From contig CM000151.3 in the NCBI GenBank assembly GCA_000004695.1, positions 8,320,001 to 8,384,000 of the forward strand: 64,000 nt of DNA, given 5' to 3'. Shown here piece by piece: positions 29,058 to 39,556 of the stretch. How positions within the stretch are numbered: the first letter of the stretch is position 1; the number at the start of each line of letters is the position of its first letter. The notes below the pieces were generated by a model. That model saw only the letters and a program-made list of their open reading frames with translations, made no database searches and was not told the origin of the DNA. Made by a program: the position numbers and the translations under genes. The DNA is from Dictyostelium discoideum. Lineage: Eukaryota.

Positions 29058-30656
29058 GCCATTATGAAATTTATATCTTCTTGAGGGAGAATTATTCTCT
29101 AAACCACTATTATTGTTATTACTATTATTATTATTACTATCAATAAATGAAGAGAAACCACCAGAATTATAATTTGGTGAAGAAGATAATTGTGCCAATG
29201 ATGATATTACAGGTGAAGAAGAAGGTGAAGATGCAATTGATAATATTGAAGTGAATGAAGCTAAAGGTGGTGTATATGATGTATTATTATTGTTGATGAT
29301 GTTATTACTATTATTACTATTATTACTATTATTACTATTACTATTATTATTACTATTAATACCTCCATTAGGATTATTTAATAATAATAAATTATTACTG
29401 CTTATATTTGGAGATGATGGGTCGGAATGTTGTTGTTGTTGTTGTTGTTGTAAAAATAAATCTCTTTGTCTCTTTGGTTGTGATCTATTTGATGGTGAAT
29501 TGGGTTGTTGATTAGGTGATGATAAACCATTAAATCCATTTAAATTTGAACTATTATTTATACTATTTATATTCATACTGCTATTATTATCAGACGAAGT
29601 ATCCATATCACCACTACCATTTAATTTTATATTATTATTATTATTATTATTTACATTTTCGATTGAAATTGGATTTAAAATTGATCTTTCTCTACTTTCT
29701 CCTATATTAAATCTACTTCTTCTATTTATATTTTGATTTGGTGATGATGGTGATATCTGTTGTATTGGTAATGGTGAGTGTTGTAATGGTATTGGTGATT
29801 GTAGTATTTGTGGTGAATTTTGTTGTTGTGGTTGTTGTTGTTGTTGCTGTTGTAAATGAGAGAAATGTCTGCCCTCTAAAAATGATGGTGATGAACATGA
29901 TGGTGTTGATGGTGATGATGATGATATATTATTATTAATATTATTATTTAAAATATTACTGAATGAGCCAATTCCTCCATTATTACTATTACTATTATTA
30001 TTATTATTATTACTACTACTACTATTATTATTATTTAAAATGTTTATACTATTATTTGGAGAAACATTGCTATTATTATTACTATTACTATTACTATTAC
30101 TATTATCATGAGGTTGTTGTTTTGATAATAAGTCTGATAATCTTGATTTTAAATCATTATTCTCTCTAAGAGCACTTTCAATTTGTTCTTCTAATTGATT
30201 AATCTTTAAATAGTTTTCATTTTGTAACATTCCCAATTGTTTAGTTTGTTGTAATAATTGATTTCTATCAGATTCCAAATTATCAACGATTGTTTCCAAC
30301 TTTTCTAAATATTCCTTTTTTCTTTCTCTATATTGTGCTGCTGATTGTCTATTTTGCATTTGTCTAAATTAAAAATAAAAATAAAAATTAAAAAAAAAAT
30401 AAAAATAAAAAAAAAGGAATTAATTATTAGATACTGATTTTTTTAAAAAAAAAATAAAAAAATAAAAGATAATAATAAATTAAGTATACCTTATTTTTTT
30501 CTTTTTTGCTTCTTCATCATCAAATAGCATTGAATTTGTGAAACCACTACCTGTACTACTTGTAAAACTACTACCAAAACTACTTGTTCCACTATAAACA
30601 CTACTACTATCTACACTTCCGTCACTGCTATCCAAACTTCTTGGTGAGTTCATCAT
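29001..30656 (-). CDS. bZIP transcription factor. Exons 30490..30656 and 29001..30363.
   Basis: Exon 1 is MMNSPRSLDSS…DDEEAKKKKI. Donor AG|GTATAC and acceptor AATTTAG (phase 2) give …R QMQNRQSAAQYRERKKEYLEKLE…. This is the bZIP basic motif N-x2-AA-x2-(Y)R-x-RKK, followed by a leucine-zipper heptad region LESDRNQLLQQTKQLGMLQNEN…. The C-terminal part is polyN/Q/S. Confidence 0.7.
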
Positions 30657-30701
30657 TTTGTTTATTTTTTTAAATTATTTCTTTTTTTGTGTTGTGTGTG
30701 T

Positions 30702-30735
<34 letters not shown>

Positions 30736-31063
30736 GTGGGTGATATTTTTTTTTTTTTTTTTGTGAATGCGAATTATATTATTTAAACGGGATAATAATC
30801 ACCGTTTTTTTTTTTTTAAAAAAAAACTGCAAACTAACAAAAAAAAAAAATAAAAAAATAAAAAAAAAAAATAAAAAATAAAAAAAAAATTAAAAAGTAA
30901 AAAATTGGAGATGAGAAAATAAATAAAAAAAAAAACAATTATTTATAATGTGGAAAAATTAAAAAAGTATTGTCACTTTCGTTGTTTTTGATTTTTTATA
31001 AAAAATTATTTTTTATTTTTTTTTATAAAATTAATTCTTTTGGAAGATTAACAGACAAAAATC

Positions 31064-31103
<40 letters not shown>

Positions 31104-31460
31104 AATTAATTAAAAATATCTAAAGATATTTTTATTATTTTATTTTTGTTTTATAATTTATTTAATTTATTTTTATGTGATATTTTTTTTGAATGAATAA
31201 AAAAAGTAATAAAAAAAGGAAAAGAGAAAAAAAAAAAAAAAAAAAAAAAGATGAAAAGAAATAAAAACAAATACTAAAAAAATAATTAAAAAAAATAAAC
31301 AAAAAAAAAAAAAAAAATTAAAAATAAAATAAAATAAAAAAAATTTTAATTTAAAAATAAATAAAAATAAATTAAAAAATAAATAAAGACAACAACAATA
31401 ACAGCCAACATAAACACAACTCAGTACATCTCAACTATTTCACACTAACCACACTCAACA

Positions 31461-31504
<44 letters not shown>

Positions 31505-32570
31505 AATTGATTACATAAAAAAACAAAGGAAATTAATTGAAAAGTGGGTTATATAAGTAATTTTTTAAAATTTTATTCTACCTTAACCCCTCAATTAATA
31601 TATGTTAACCTATTTTGGAATCTATTATTTTTTTTTTTTTTTTTTTTTTAATAATATATAAAAAAAACATCATAATAAACACAATTGTAAATCTATCTAA
31701 AAATATTCTTTTTTTTTATTTTATTTAATTATTTATTTATATATCGCACACTCTCATTATAATGTGGCATTACAATGTCTTTTTTTATTATTTTTATTTT
31801 ATCTATTTTTATATCACTTCAATCTTTAAATCAGACTATTATTTTATTAAAATTATCATTATTAGATTATATGACGACATTATCATTATAATATTACCAC
31901 ATTATTATTATTATTTTTTTTTTTTTTAAAAAAATGAGAAAAAGTGTTTAGAAAAAAAAAAAATTTGATATCAAATAGATTTATAGTAATTGTAGTGAGA
32001 GAAGAATATTATATTATAAAAATTTAAGGTTGTTATGTTGTTGTTGTGGCACACTATACCATTTGAATTAAATTTATCTAAAATTTTTTGATATTGTTAA
32101 ATTTTTTTTTTTTTTTTTTTTTTTGATCCTAAAATTGAACAATCGTCTGTAAAGTTTTTAATTATAGAAAGAAAAAAAAAATAAAAAAAATAAAATCACA
32201 CCTAAACACACTAGATCCACACAAACACAAATTAAAATTTTTTTTTTTTTTTTTTAATTTATCTTCTTATATTAGGTCATAAATACATATTTATTTAATA
32301 AAATAAAATAAAATTTTTTTTTTTTTTTAATTTAAAGAAATTATTTTATTGTTTTTAATAAAATTTTTTAAATAAACCGATCATATTTTTTATCGCTTTA
32401 TTTATTTTCTTTATTATTTGAATTAAAATGTAATTTTGTAAAAAAATAAAATAAAATAAAATTTATTAAGATTACAAAAATACAAATATTTGTATTTAAA
32501 AATAAAATTTATTTTTACACAATATTATTTATTATTACTACTATTATTTCTACTACTACTACTAATATTG

Positions 32571-32577
32571 TCAAATA

Positions 32578-32608
<31 letters not shown>

Positions 32609-34094
32609 TTATATTATTATTATTATAATTATCTATAATTTCTTGTTTCTTTTGAATTTGTTCAATTTTAGATTCTAAATTATTTAATTTTAATAATAAT
32701 AAATCTAAAATTTGTTTAGTTGTTGGTGGTTTATTTTGTTTATTTCTCTCTCTTTCTAATTGTTTTTCTTTTCTTTTATTTTCTTTTTCTAGTTTTAATG
32801 CTTCTTTTTCCAATTTTAATGATTCTTTTTCTTTTTTTAATAATTCTCTTTGTTCTTTTTTTGTTAAAGAATTTATATTAGAGGGGGAAGAGGAAGAAGA
32901 AGAAGAAGAAGAAAATGATTGTTGTAATTCTAAATTTAATAAATTATTTTCTCTTTCTTTTTGTTTGTGAATTAATGATAATAATTCATCATCTTGATCA
33001 ATAATATTTTTATTATTACCATCATCTAAAGTTGAAGATAAATTATCAAATTCTTTATCGGCACCTGTAAATTTCCAACTTTTTCTCATTGAATTTGGAT
33101 AAACATAATATTTTTTAAAGAAATTATTTACATAGCTTATAGTTAGGGGATCACTTGGATAACCTGAACCAATGATGTGAGAGGTATTGGTTTCCAATTG
33201 TTTCATCCAACGATCACGTTCAACTTTTGCAATTATTGATGCAGCACCAACTGAAATGAATTTATGATCGGCTTTAGTCTCACAATAGATTTGGTAAAGT
33301 GGTGGTGGGAATTCCATTTTAAAAGGTTGAGAATACTTTTGAGTATTCATTTCAATCGAGTCAATTATAATCTTACATTGTTGATTCTTTGGTAAATTAT
33401 TAATTGAATCTTTAATTAATTGGTAGAATAGATTGGTTTCAATTTGATTCATAGTATGAAGTTCACGACGTTGATCTATCTTTTCAGAGGTGAGTATAAT
33501 AGTTTGATAGTATAATGCATGTTCAATGATAATATCGTATAGATATTCCCTTCGTTTTGGTGATAACTTTTTACTATCAGTTACTCCCATACTTTTTAAA
33601 TATTTCTCACTTTCATCATCTAATACTACACATGATATAAATAATGGTCCTAATAATGCACCTTTACCAGCTTCATCCATACTAATTGATAAAACTTCTT
33701 CAAATACTTCTAATTTATCTTTATAACTAGTTTTTGGTTGAACCATTAAATTATCAACTCCACCACCACCACCATTGATTGTTGTTGTTGCTGCTAATAT
33801 ATCATCATATGGATAATTAAATTCTTCAATAAATTTATTAATACCATAATTATTAATTTTAATTGTTTCACCATTATTTTTAATCTTAATTTGTTTTTTA
33901 TTTATAGTTGATGATGTTGATGTTGATGTTAATGTTGATGTTAATGTTAATGTTGATCTACTATTACTATAATATAATTTATTATTATTATTTTCATATA
34001 TATTATTATATATTAAATTTTGATTAAAATATATATTATTTATTTGTTTTGATAAATTTTTAAATTTTTGGTGTTTATTTATTATTGATAACAT
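32571..34094 (-). CDS. Ribonuclease H2 catalytic subunit A (RNase HII family)
   Basis: DEAGKGALLGPLFIS (the DEAGRGP catalytic motif), …DSKKLSPKRRE…, and GSGYPSDPLT (GSGYPSDP motif). It has an N-terminal extension and a C-terminal K/E-rich coiled-coil tail with polyN. No intron was needed. Confidence 0.8.
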
Positions 34095-34486
34095 TTTTAT
34101 TATTTATTTTTTTTTTTTTTTTATTAGATTTACAAAAAAAAAAATAAAAAAAAGTGAAAATATGAAAAATTTCATGTGACGAAAAAAAAAGGGTGGGAAT
34201 ATTATAAAAAAAAAAAAAAAGAAAAAATAAAAAATATCTCTATTTTTTTTTTTTTAATTATTATTTTTATATATTTTATTATATATTAAATTTTTAGTAA
34301 AACATATATTATTGATTGGTTTGAAAAAATTTTAAATTTTTGGTTTTTATTTATTATTGATACCATTTTTTTTATTATTATTTTTTATTGGATTTATAAC
34401 TAAGAAATAATAAAAAAAAATAATAAAAAAAAAGAGAAAAAGAAAAAAAGTAATTTTAATTGTTAACAATATAAACTTATTAACAT

Positions 34487-34519
<33 letters not shown>

Positions 34520-34613
34520 TTTTTTTTTAAAAACTGGATATTATTTTTTATTTAATTATTTTTATTATTTTTAGAAATCTATGTATATTTATATTTTTTT
34601 TTATATTTTCTTG

Positions 34614-36626
34614 TTATTGAATTTCCATCCATTCATCTGAAAATTTTGTAAATAATGGAAAAGTTTCAGAAATATGTTCAAAACTTGAAATATAATTATA
34701 AGTAATTGATCCTAAAGTTTCAGGACCTATATAAAGATAATGAACTGTATCATTTTCATTATATTCTTTTCTAGTAAAAATTTCAGACCAAATACTCTTA
34801 TTTGCATGTGTTTTGAAAGTATCACGTTCTGAATTTAATTTTAAAGTGATTTGAACAATAAAGAATCTAAGATAAACTGCATCCCAAATATAAAATTCAA
34901 TATCTTTATTATTTTGTAAAAAGTTATAACAATTGTTATTAATATAATTATTGATATTAATATTCTTTATATTATTATTATTACTATAATTATTAATTGT
35001 TGTTATTGAATGTGGTAACATAATGAAAGAGTAGTTCCAATCAATTGCATTATCATCGAAACAGAAATCATATAAATGCACAGTTCTAATTAAATTTATT
35101 CTTAAATGTTCAATCTTTGGAAACTCGAATTCGTTTGCTGTAAATATAGTTTTCAAATTAAAATCTTTTTCATCTAGAATTTTATTTGATAAATAACTTT
35201 TAGCAGCATTGAAACAAATATCACGAGAATAATAATTAAATCCAATTGAAAATATTTTCTCAATGAATTCATTTAAAAACGATTGATAAGCGTCACCCAA
35301 TTTCTCTTTCAATACTGTCAATGCAATTGGTGATTTTGCTCTAATAATTGAATAACCACCTTTTTTATGAAAACATGGTTCTTCTGGTAAATATTGGGTT
35401 ACCATAAATTGTGATAATATCAATATCTTTTCATTATCAATTGGTAACATCAATTCTAACAATGCCATACTTCTCTCAAACAATACCTTTTGCTCATTTG
35501 TTAATTTTTTGAATACAATTTCTAAATCCCCTTTATACTCTCTATATCTATTGGAATAATAATTATCAAATAATCCTTTACAATTATTTTTAAATTTATT
35601 TTCACATGAAATAAAATAATTTAATTCACCCCTAATAATAATAATAATAATAAAATAAAAAAATTAATATATTTTGTATTATTATTTTGTATTTATTATT
35701 ATTAAAGTTATAAATACTTACGGTATCATATTTGTAGTATAACAAATTTTTGATTGGAAATATAGATTATTTAACCATGATATATTGTTTTTAAATTTAT
35801 TTAAATTAAATGATCTCCATTCTAAAAATTCATTAAATTGGAAACCAACATTCATTGAATAAATTGTCCATGAATTTTGATTATTATTATTAACAAAATT
35901 CACCAATGGTTGATTCTTACCCTCAGAAATTGAAACAACTACCAAATCACATTTTATTAAATTTTGAATTATCTCTGGTAAATTATATGGAAATTTGGTT
36001 TTCTTACTATTGATTAATGTTGTTGTAATTAGTGTATGTTGATCAAAAAATATAAAAAAATTTAATTCTTTACTTTTATTATAAATCGAAAGATCTTTTA
36101 AAAATAATAAAATATTTTCAAATGTAAATGATTTTTTTTTTGAATTTCTCTTTTTACCACCACCACCACTATTAATTGATTTTATAAAATCCTTTTTCCA
36201 CCAATTTGATACGAATTTGTCATTATTTATTTCATAAGCAATGAAAATTGAAAATATGAATAAGAAATTGGCTTCTCTTTCATTTTCATATTTAAACCAA
36301 TTTCCATAATCTGGTATATAAACACATCTATTATTATTATTAATATTATTATTATTTGGTTTTTTGCTTTCTATGTAATTTGAACTTTCGATTTCGAATA
36401 ATCCATTTCTAATTTCGGATACAATTTGATAGATTGAATATGATTTACCAATACCACTGACACCTTTTATTAAAACATTTTTATTTTCAAATCTTTCTCT
36501 ATTTAACAGTTCTTTTATATTTGATGTTTCACTAGTATTTTGGATGAAAATATAATCACCACCACTAATACCATTTGAAACAAAATCTAAACTATTTCTT
36601 GGAAATATTGAAAATAATGGATCCAT
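34614..36626 (-). CDS. Orphan P-loop NTPase (Walker A GVSGIGKS, Walker B-like FFIFFDQ). Exons 35722..36626 and 34614..35631.
   Basis: ATG at 36626. …RERFENKNVLIKGVSGIGKSYSIYQIV… resembles the Arch_ATPase/STAND N-terminal arrangement. The intron is CC|GTAAGT…TTATTAG (phase 2, 90 bp) and gives …TNMIP-P-GELNYFISCENKF…. I recognise no other domain. Confidence 0.5.
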
Positions 36627-37516
36627 TGGGAATCTTCTTCTTGAATTTAATGTTTTATGTGTTTTATAATAATTTAATGATTCATTTAATATTTTTTCAA
36701 TATTATTTTCATTTTCTGAAAGAAAAAAAAAAAAAAAAAATTAATAATCAAAAATTAATAATTAATAATTAAAATCTAAAAATAAAAAAGGTGAGTGAAA
36801 ATAAAATATTTGTGAATTTTTTTTTTTTTCATCCAGGCCAAAAAAAAAAAATGAAAAACGAAAAATGAAAAATGTGAAAAAAAAAAAAAATTGTGATGAA
36901 GAAAAAAGAGAGAGATAGAAAAAAAAAAAAGTGAGATCTTTAAAAAGACAAACTAAAAATAAATTAATTAAAAATGAAAAAAAAAATAATCAAATAACTT
37001 ACCACCAATCACTTTGGTTTTTTTTTTAATAATCATTTTTAATAATATTTAACTTTTTATGTTCTTTTTTTATTTTATTTTTTTATTTATTTTTTTATTT
37101 TTTTATGATGGATGGTTTGTAAAATCAATTGAAAAAAAAAAAAAGAAAAATTATAAAAAAATTAAAAAAAAAAAAAAAAAATAAAAAAAGATAAAAAAAA
37201 AAAAAATTTGGTCTGAAAAATCTGCTGATTTTGATCATGTTTGTCATTCTTTGAACTCACTTTTTTTTTTTTTTGGGCTTTTTAGGGGTAATTTTTATAT
37301 TTAAATAAAAAAAAAAAAAAATTAAACCATTTAATAAAATTAAAATCACGATTTTTCAATTGAATTTATTTTTTTTTTTTTTTTTATTTTAGATTTTTAA
37401 AAATAATTATTTTATTTTATTTTTTTTTTATTTTATTTTTTTTTTTCTCTTTTTCCTTTTTTAGATTAAATAGATTTAAATTTATATTTTTATTATTTTT
37501 ATTTTTATATTAATGT

Positions 37517-37549
<33 letters not shown>

Positions 37550-37627
37550 CCTTAACAAAAAAAAAAAAAAAAAATTTTGTAATTTTTAAATATTATAAAT
37601 AATAATAATAATATGTTATAAATAAAA

Positions 37628-37933
37628 ATGAAAACAATTCAAATATATATTTTAACATTATTTTTAATAATGTTATCATTTCAAACTTTACTTGTGGTTG
37701 TAGTTGCCAAAGAATTTGAAAAGTATGACTATGACAAATTAAGGGAATGTATTGCAGAATGTGAAGATACAGATTATATTTTAAATATTTGTTATCAAGG
37801 TCACCCAAAGAAAAATGTTGCCAAAGAGTTAGCCAATGTATGTCTTGATTATGCCACTGCTTATGAAAAAGGTAATCAAGATAAATACCTTTCAAAATGT
37901 TATGACCTTTGTAAACTTTATTCTCATAAATAA
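37628..37933 (+). CDS. Small secreted cysteine-rich protein (101 aa with a signal peptide)
   Basis: MKTIQIYILTLFLIMLSFQTLLVVVVA is a hydrophobic signal. Eight Cys follow, including a CIAEC…C pattern. ATG is preceded by an A-rich leader. Only this ORF in the local region is coding-like. Confidence 0.4.
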   Translation: MKTIQIYILTLFLIMLSFQTLLVVVVAKEFEKYDYDKLRECIAECEDTDYILNICYQGHPKKNVAKELANVCLDYATAYEKGNQDKYLSKCYDLCKLYSHK

Positions 37934-37947
37934 ATTTTACATTTTTC

Positions 37948-38014
<67 letters not shown>

Positions 38015-38292
38015 TTTTAAAAATAAAATCCGTTAAGTTTTAAAACAATTTTAAAAATATTAGTATTTAATAGTATTTTTATTTAAAAATAAAATAAAAT
38101 AAAAACTATCTTAATTTTAAAAATATCAGAAATAAATTTTATTAATTTTGATCTATTAATTTTTTATAAAATATAAATAATATTGTTTTTTTTTTTTTGA
38201 ATTGGATAACGCAATTATTAGTTGCTTCTCCTTGAGATGCTAGATCTCATTTTATTTATAGTTTTTTACAGGGTCTCTAAAAGAGGGGTTAG

Positions 38293-38297
<5 letters not shown>

Positions 38298-38358
<61 letters not shown>

Positions 38359-38560
38359 TTATATAGAGTACTGAGTGAATTATTGTATTTTTTGAAATGT
38401 TTGGGAAGTGCTATTGCGTGAAGAGGTGAGTTCCATTGTCTGCTAAATTGTAATAACTTTAGCGAGATTAGTGAGTCTAATTTATTTTGTTCTTCTGGCC
38501 GTTGCTTTGATTTGATTCTTAATGTTTTGTTAATAAACCGCAAATTAATATTGTTTTTTT
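38298..38560 (-). mobile_element. Probable 5'-truncated non-LTR retroelement 3' end: about 200 bp of non-AT-rich sequence followed by an A-run of about 59 on the minus strand
   Basis: The plus-strand T-run 38298..38356 is poly(A) on the minus strand. The adjacent 38357..38560 is richer in G/C than intergenic DNA and has no coding frame. It lies beyond the 3' end of the full-length TRE5 copy in the same orientation. Confidence 0.3.
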
Positions 38561-38607
38561 TTTTTTTTAATAACATCACTCAATTTGAGTGTGTTCTAGG
38601 AGAGTTT

Positions 38608-38655
<48 letters not shown>

Positions 38656-38809
38656 CTTGTTATTCTTATTTTTTTTATTATTATTATTATTATTATATTA
38701 TTATTATTATTATATTATTATTATTATATTATTATTATTATTATATTATTATTATTATTATTATTCACAGCAAAGAAAAATGCACCTTTAAAGCAAATTT
38801 AAAGAAAAG

Positions 38810-39130
38810 TTGATTTAAATTGGATTTAAATTGAATTTAAAGCCGCGTTTAAAAAATTCATTTTTAAGGTAATTTTTAAGGTAATTTTTAAGATATTTAA
38901 AAATGCCTTTAAAATTTGCTTTAAAATAATTTTTTAAGCAATTTTAAAGGTGATTTTAAAGGTGATTTTAAAGGTGATTTTTAAGGTAATTTTTAAGATA
39001 ATTTTTAAGATATTTAAAAATACCTTTAAAATTTATTTTAAATTAATTTTAAATAGGATTTAAAGTAGATTTAAAGTAGATTTAAAGTGAATTTAAATTT
39101 CCTTTAAACATAAATTTAAGGTTTTTAATA
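38810..39130. repeat. Complex tandem and inverted repeat array built from about 10-15-bp units (TTTAAAGGTGATTTT / GGTAATTTTTAAG and their reverse complements)
   Basis: Seen directly: GATTTAAA x3, GGTGATTTTAAA x3, GGTAATTTTTAAG x4, with internal palindromic symmetry. Confidence 0.5.
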
Positions 39131-39360
39131 AAAAAGATCTAATTTTAGAACAAAAAAATGGGGATAAAATATTCTATCATTTTTAAATTTTCATCAAAGC
39201 AATCAAATGGTGTAATGGTTGATGAGATTACCCTTTGATAGAGGGTCGGGGGATCGAATCCCTTTTGGTAATTTTTGAAAAATTAAAAAAAAAATTTTAA
39301 AAAATTTATCCGTTAAATAACGGCTTCGAACTCAGGACCTCGCTTTTAAAGCGATTAAAA

Positions 39361-39520
39361 AGGTAATTTTAAAGGTAATTTTAAAGGTAATTTTTAAGGT
39401 GATTTTAAAGTAACCTTAAAAATTACCTTTAAAATTACCTTTAAAATTGCTTTAATTCAGGACTTTAAAGCAAATTTAAATTTAATTTAAAGCGAATTTA
39501 AAGGTGGTTTTTCTTCGTTG
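39361..39520. repeat. Second block of the same GGTAATTTTAAAGG-type repeats with an internal palindrome, next to the TRE5 3' end. It may be the element's C-module.
   Basis: GGTAATTTTAAAGGTAATTTTAAAGGTAATTTTTAAGG … ACCTTTAAAATTACCTTTAAAATTGC; the two halves are reverse complements. Confidence 0.45.
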
Positions 39521-39556
39521 TGTTGTTATAATTTTTTTTTTTTTTTTTTTTTTTTT

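Noticed and set aside
31750-31915. Inverted repeat CTCATTATAATGTGG … CCACATTATTAT separated by about 130 bp, which could be a MITE
   Set aside because: The arms are only about 12 bp in AT-rich DNA. There is no TSD or internal structure, so it is compatible with chance.
37593-37895. 100-aa minus-strand ORF overlapping the small secreted-protein gene
   Set aside because: No signal peptide or domain, and Tyr/Leu-rich from AT-rich antisense. The plus-strand ORF has a signal peptide and a spaced-Cys pattern, so it was preferred, still with low confidence.
39196-39265. tRNA-like segment with an A-box-like TGGTGTAATGGT and a B-box-like GGGGGATCGAATCCC
   Set aside because: No acceptor stem complementarity (5' AATCAAA against 3' TTGGTAA). 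No D-stem pairing and no anticodon arm could be folded. It is more likely a degenerate fragment or element module than a gene.
39300-39360. Hairpin TCGC-TTTAAAA-GCGA resembling an anticodon arm with a UAA (Leu) or UUA anticodon
   Set aside because: The flanks give no D-arm, no variable arm and no T-arm. It lies within the palindromic repeat block.
38810-39520. Direct-repeat array with regular units, superficially CRISPR-like
   Set aside because: This is a eukaryotic genome. The units are 10-15 bp with no unique spacers, they are palindromic, and they sit next to a retroelement end. It is a satellite or module repeat, not CRISPR.
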